A stretch of 63,848 bases of DNA, counting the filler, from Licmophora abbreviata (Eukaryota): the NCBI GenBank assembly GCA_900291995.1. It is 5 parts of 5 records of this genome, joined end to end, with 100 filler letters (N's around TTAATTAATTAA, not from the genome) between each part and the next. Parts side by side here need not be neighbours in the genome. Positions count along the whole stretch, not along the records: positions 48,179 to 61,464 come from OLMU01004123.1; positions 61,565 to 63,848 come from OLMU01004137.1; 3 more parts are not named here. One strand, written 5' to 3'. Made by a program: the position numbers and the translations under genes. Shown here piece by piece: positions 59,142 to 63,848 of this stretch. Every line of letters begins with the position of its first letter. Positions within the stretch are counted from its first letter, which is position 1. A model generated the notes under the pieces. That model was not told the origin of the DNA. It saw only the letters and a program-made list of their open reading frames with translations, and made no database searches.

Positions 59142-60731
59142 ATGCAGCGTCGGACAAGAGCGCACAGAGAGGCCGAAGTAGTCTGGCGTCCTCCGACGCT
59201 TATTCCCAAACGGTCCAACAGGAGAACTGCGCTGCTATTGCCTTTCGTTGTAGCGAGCGGTGTCCTAGTCTACTGCTGGAATCTTCCCTTGACAACTTCT
59301 CAAATCGTGGTAGAATCATTCCTTCCTTCCAACAATATGCGACGCGCAACAACGCTAGTCCAAAACCCAAGTTCGCCCGTTCGGTATCATGTCGTCTTTT
59401 CGACATCCTGCTCATCTTACCAAGAATGGCAATCCTACGTATTCTTCTATCATGCCATGACGTCTGGACAGCTCGGTACCGTCACTCGTATCGCTTCGGG
59501 TTGCACGTCCCAGGGAAAACAGTCCGTCCGACGACTCTTTGAAGAGCGAATACAACCCATGTCGGATCGATTCCATCTCCATTTTACTCCCGACTACTCG
59601 CGGATACGCCATCAGGAATACATGTATACGAATAAGCCTTTCGGACTGAAACACTGGATGGAGAACAATCTGGGATATCCGCTGGCCTCTGGTTCTCGGC
59701 TGGACAATGATATTGTGATTCTCATGGACCCCGACCAGCTCCTGCTCCGCCCCTTTACTAATGACTTTTCCAAGTCGAACGAGGTCTGGTACAATGAGAC
59801 TACCACCCCTACAGAAGGCCCTAACGATGCGCTTAAAGTCCAACATGGATCACCCTTTGCTCAATCCTACGAGTTGTGGCATAACTGGACCGCGCTGTTT
59901 CCCAACATGACCGACATTACACGCGATCCTGACTCGCCCGCCAATACGATTTCACTCGACGAGATTCAACAAGACTTTCGCTTTGGTCCTCCGTACATTG
60001 CCACGGCGAGAGATATGTATCGGATTGTTGAAAAATGGACCGAGTTTGTACCGCGAGTCTATGCTCAGTACCCCGAGCTCCTGGCGGAAATGGTGAGTTT
60101 CTTTCTTCCGTATAAAGGTGCGAACGGTTTCGTCTTTTATGTTCGCCTTCCCACATACTCACACTCTGCTTATTTCTAGTATGCCTACTGCATCGCTGCT
60201 GCTCACTTGAGTCTCTCCCACCGCATGGCTCGCTCTTTCATGGTATCTAACGTTGAGATGAATGAAACGGAAGCATGGTCGATGATTGATGCGATTCCAA
60301 AGACTGATGTCTGCCAAAGTGGTGGTGGAAGCACTACGAGCCAAGATGATATTCCCCATTCCATTCACTACTGTCAAGAGTATATGCTGGGTCCACATAA
60401 CTTTTTCAAAGGCACCGTTCCCCTCAAATTCATCTCGTGCAACGCATCTGCATTGGAAGAGCCACCCGCTCAAGTTGCTAATTTCAACTACTACGTAGAA
60501 CCCGAGCAGCCAGACCAACGACAACAAAAAGATGACGGAAAAGAGCGACGGTTGATCATGCCACGACACTTGCGGATTCGACATGCATTCATGCTTTGTA
60601 CGTTGATACACGGACTGAATGAAGCTGCCGAGTATTTCAAGCAATCTCATTGTGGAGCGGGCGATCGTATGATACAAACAACAACACTGCGAAGAACTTC
60701 GTTGGTGAGAGCAGTCGAAGCACAAGCGTAA
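59142..60731 (+). CDS. peptidyl-serine galactosyltransferase / Hyp-arabinosyltransferase-like protein, copy B; intron 60093-60179
   Basis: YHVVFSTSCSSYQEWQS, NKPFGLKHW, ILMDPDQ, GPPYIA, LLAEMYAYC, IHYCQEY. Confidence 0.85.
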
Positions 60732-61222
60732 GTTAGTTGCACTCGATTCCTACTGCTATTGTACCGGTAAGCCGAAAGGTATCAATGTAGAGTAAAGTCC
60801 TCCAGCTATGACAGGCCAAAGTCGTTTTATAAAACCGGTACCGGTACCGGCACATCGTAACGGGTACCGAGGTTACTGTATCGACTTCTGTTCTTGTCGA
60901 AAAAAAAACTGGCGCGCCCGGATGGTCGAGCTCTTTCAGGAGAAAGATATTCGTAGCTCGCGCCTTTTCAAATTCGTACTGGAGTTCTACATACAATTAA
61001 TACGTGGATTGTGATACATTCAAAGTCAGCCCGCCGGCTTAATGTACATGCACTATGATATTCGGCGATCAGGGACTCAAATTGCATGTCTGCTGTCTCA
61101 TGCAACGTGTGAACCCAGAAACCCCGAATTTGTGCCAACAACTCGTTGGCAGAAATCGAGGGTCTCCATTGTTCTTTTGAGACTCCCGTCAACATTGCGG
61201 ACGGAATTGTATTAAAATCAGC

Positions 61223-61464
61223 ATGAGCAATGACGAAACCGAGAACACCCCCAGCGAGGCTGACAGGGGACCGGCAAGGCCTCCTGATGCAATCGACGGC
61301 ATGAACGGCGCTGTCCTGGCAAAGCCTGTCGAAACCAAACGTGGTCAGTCCACGAGCGAGGAGCAGCAAGATGTCGTCATTGCCCCTGGGGGCGCCTACA
61401 ATGAGTGCGATGGAAAGGCTGATACCATTGGCGAAGAAGCCAAGAAGAGAGCCAGTGAAACGTC
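61223..61464 (+). CDS. N-terminal fragment of an unknown gene, truncated by the gap
   Basis: ATG with good context after a promoter-like region; open to the spacer. Confidence 0.4.
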
Positions 61465-61564
61465 NNNNNNNNNNNNNNNNNNNNNNNNNNNNNNNNNNNN
61501 NNNNNNNNTTAATTAATTAANNNNNNNNNNNNNNNNNNNNNNNNNNNNNNNNNNNNNNNNNNNN
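61465..61564. other. artificial assembly spacer
   Basis: N44-TTAATTAATTAA-N44. Confidence 0.98.
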
Positions 61565-61895
61565 AATGAAAGATTCTGCTAGGGACGACGAGAGGCCCAC
61601 AAAGAACGGTGAACCTTCAAGTACGAGTAGGAACTACTTCCAAAAGACAGTCTAGACAAACAAGTGCTCTCATCATCAGTGGGATGGACTTCGACAACGG
61701 ACGCACGCCAGACTACTGGAAACGGTGTGATGGCAAGTTGTGAGGATGACCCCACACACACACCCAACAGACTTTTGAAAGCATGATGAATGTTATCACA
61801 TCTACACTCTCTGCCTTACCCTTTAACACATTTGTTCCACACACACGACTGTCACGACACGAAAACAAACAAAACAAACCAAAACAAACAAAAAC

Positions 61896-63848
61896 ATGCC
61901 TTTGTATCACATCGACAAAAGCAATACTACTTCTCTTCACAAGAAGAATCTTCGACAACCACACAGCGACATTCATTCATCGCCCTACCTCTTTCACAAT
62001 GATACACTGCCTCATCAGTTTCATCCCATTCAAGAGTACTACTACGAAGACACTACTACTATCAATACTATCCATACTTCTACCAGTACTAACAACAACG
62101 CGGACAAGAGCAGTACACTGACCTTCATCCTCGAAGTCACATGGCCTCGCGTCGTACTCTTCTACCACGCTTCTTCTCACGCATGCCGTGCGTTCCTAGA
62201 CGCCTACGTACACACCGCACGGCAGATCAAGCATCAGTCGACTCGCACTGTGGTCGACTTTTGGGCCGTCTCGTGTGAGGTCTACGGAGAAGCCTGCGAG
62301 GATTTGGAGATTCATCAAGTACCCACGCTCTTGGCCTTCCCAGCGGGCAAGATTCAAGGTCAAGTCTTGCACCGGACGGGGGACAATCGATTGAGTACAC
62401 GGCATGTGGCAGAGACTCTGGGAGTGGAACTCCAACAACAACAACAACACCACCATGACGAAGAGGAGCAGACTCACAGTCAAGACAAACAGAATCTTCC
62501 CGTGAACAATTTCGTCGGTGACACAAAAGACCATTCCACTACGTTGCTACTACACCCCCAGCATCATCCTCAACATCATGACTCATCATCATCGTCATCA
62601 TCACTATTGAACGACGTTTATCGAGATGCCATGGCGTCCTTCTTGTACAGCATACACTCAAGTGTACAACGTGACGTAGAAACGAATCAACTCATACCAT
62701 GGTCTCCTCCACAGCTGCACGCGCTTCAGGAATGGTTGGACCTATTGCACTGGAGTCTTCCCAGTCGAGACTTGGCTTCCTTGCACAATGTCGTCAATGA
62801 CTTGCGCAACAATCTGAAACATACAACAAATGCACCAGCTGTCATCGGAAGGGTTCTAGCGTCGCATGACTATTATCGCAACGGCCAGGTACTACAAACG
62901 TGGAGCGATTCCTGTAGGCGCACAAACAATGGCGACAACAATGGAGAACTAGCATGTGGATTTTGGAAGTTGCTGCATGTCATGAGTATTGGTGTGGTCG
63001 AGCAGCACAGTAAGGTCATGGGTGACTTGAACCGAGTCTTGGTGCCGCATGTGATGACAACGGTACGAAACTACATTCACGAATTTGGGTTTGGAGAGAA
63101 TAAAGAAGCGCGGGATTGTCTTTTGCAAAGTTATCAACAGTGTCAAGAGTCGGACGCGTGTCGTGAGACTATGGGGTTGTTGCGTCAGACAACATTTTCA
63201 TCTACTTGGTGGCATCGCCCACACGTTCCAGCACCGAATGATCCCTCCTGGAGGAATATGGCTCTTTGGCTGTGGAGAGTTCACAATGAGTATCGGACTC
63301 GTAGGCTAACAGTCGACGAGGAAGGCTCCGATGCGCTGCTGTCGGTGCATGGGACATATTGGCCTCCGGTCGCAGTGTGCGAGAAGTGTCATGACGGCGA
63401 GCCTCGTGCGCTGGACGACGAGGATAAACACGACATGTCCGCGACGGCAGATGGTGTCGTTTGGGATTTGCAAGCGGTCTACAATCACATACATCATGAA
63501 TACTGGCCTAAGACGATACAGAGTCCGCGTTTGGTTGTACTGGACAGGTGGGGCACCAGGAGACACTTCTACAGCATGCTTTTCTACGAGCGTTTCGCTC
63601 GTGCGACAGAACGCTTCATTGGGGGCGCCGTTGTGTGTTGCATCATTCTGCTTCTGGAGCGATACTGTCTGTCTCGCTGGTACCGATTCCGTCATTCTGG
63701 ACGACACAAGAAGGACCGCTATGATATCGATGATTACTTGGCCGACGCCCCCATTCGGCATCGAACGCGACGACCACGACGACGCAGTGCCACCGGAAAC
63801 AACAGCCGTCTCATTTCAAGAGTCCCGCGTCCACTTTTAGACAGATAG
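61896..63848 (+). CDS. QSOX-like protein (thioredoxin-like + Erv/ALR-like + TM); 5' end uncertain
   Basis: RVVLFY...WAVSC.VY..AC....I..VPTL, CGFWKLLHVMSIG, LWLWRVHNE, WPPVAVCEKC; C-terminal TM. Confidence 0.75.
   Translation: MPLYHIDKSNTTSLHKKNLRQPHSDIHSSPYLFHNDTLPHQFHPIQEYYYEDTTTINTIHTSTSTNNNADKSSTLTFILEVTWPRVVLFYHASSHACRAFLDAYVHTARQIKHQSTRTVVDFWAVSCEVYGEACEDLEIHQVPTLLAFPAGKIQGQVLHRTGDNRLSTRHVAETLGVELQQQQQHHHDEEEQTHSQDKQNLPVNNFVGDTKDHSTTLLLHPQHHPQHHDSSSSSSSLLNDVYRDAMASFLYSIHSSVQRDVETNQLIPWSPPQLHALQEWLDLLHWSLPSRDLASLHNVVNDLRNNLKHTTNAPAVIGRVLASHDYYRNGQVLQTWSDSCRRTNNGDNNGELACGFWKLLHVMSIGVVEQHSKVMGDLNRVLVPHVMTTVRNYIHEFGFGENKEARDCLLQSYQQCQESDACRETMGLLRQTTFSSTWWHRPHVPAPNDPSWRNMALWLWRVHNEYRTRRLTVDEEGSDALLSVHGTYWPPVAVCEKCHDGEPRALDDEDKHDMSATADGVVWDLQAVYNHIHHEYWPKTIQSPRLVVLDRWGTRRHFYSMLFYERFARATERFIGGAVVCCIILLLERYCLSRWYRFRHSGRHKKDRYDIDDYLADAPIRHRTRRPRRRSATGNNSRLISRVPRPLLDR

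Noticed and set aside
60833..60850. ACCGGTACCGGTACCGG self-complementary run
   Set aside because: Short simple hexamer repeat in a 3' flank with no further support

Overview
Gene-dense eukaryotic nuclear DNA (about 50% GC, short GT-AG introns) from a diatom, probably pennate. The diagnostic markers are two silicanin-family genes, ASAF-type bipartite plastid presequences and a diatom-type LRR membrane protein. Four 100-nt artificial spacers (N44-TTAATTAATTAA-N44) interrupt the assembly. About 35 genes are present, including menA, RPT6, a Nudix CoA pyrophosphatase, a PPR protein, THO2, mL49, a long plastid-type RSH (ppGpp enzyme), UBA52, a carotenoid oxygenase, NAD kinase, RPL6, TVP23 and several glycosyltransferases. 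Most notable: (1) a kinesin-14-type motor whose N-terminus aligns by eye with the NudE/NDEL1 dynein-LIS1 adaptor coiled coil; (2) a head-to-head pair of divergent silicanins (one Sin1-like) sharing a 1.6-kb motif-rich intergenic region; (3) a small mitochondrial-type protein with an intron in its last codon that gives the same protein spliced or unspliced; (4) apparent pseudo-enzymes (a QSOX-like protein lacking redox CxxC motifs, and a duplicated glycosyltransferase lacking DxD). All family calls come from motif recognition by eye, with no database searches, and all introns are inferred.
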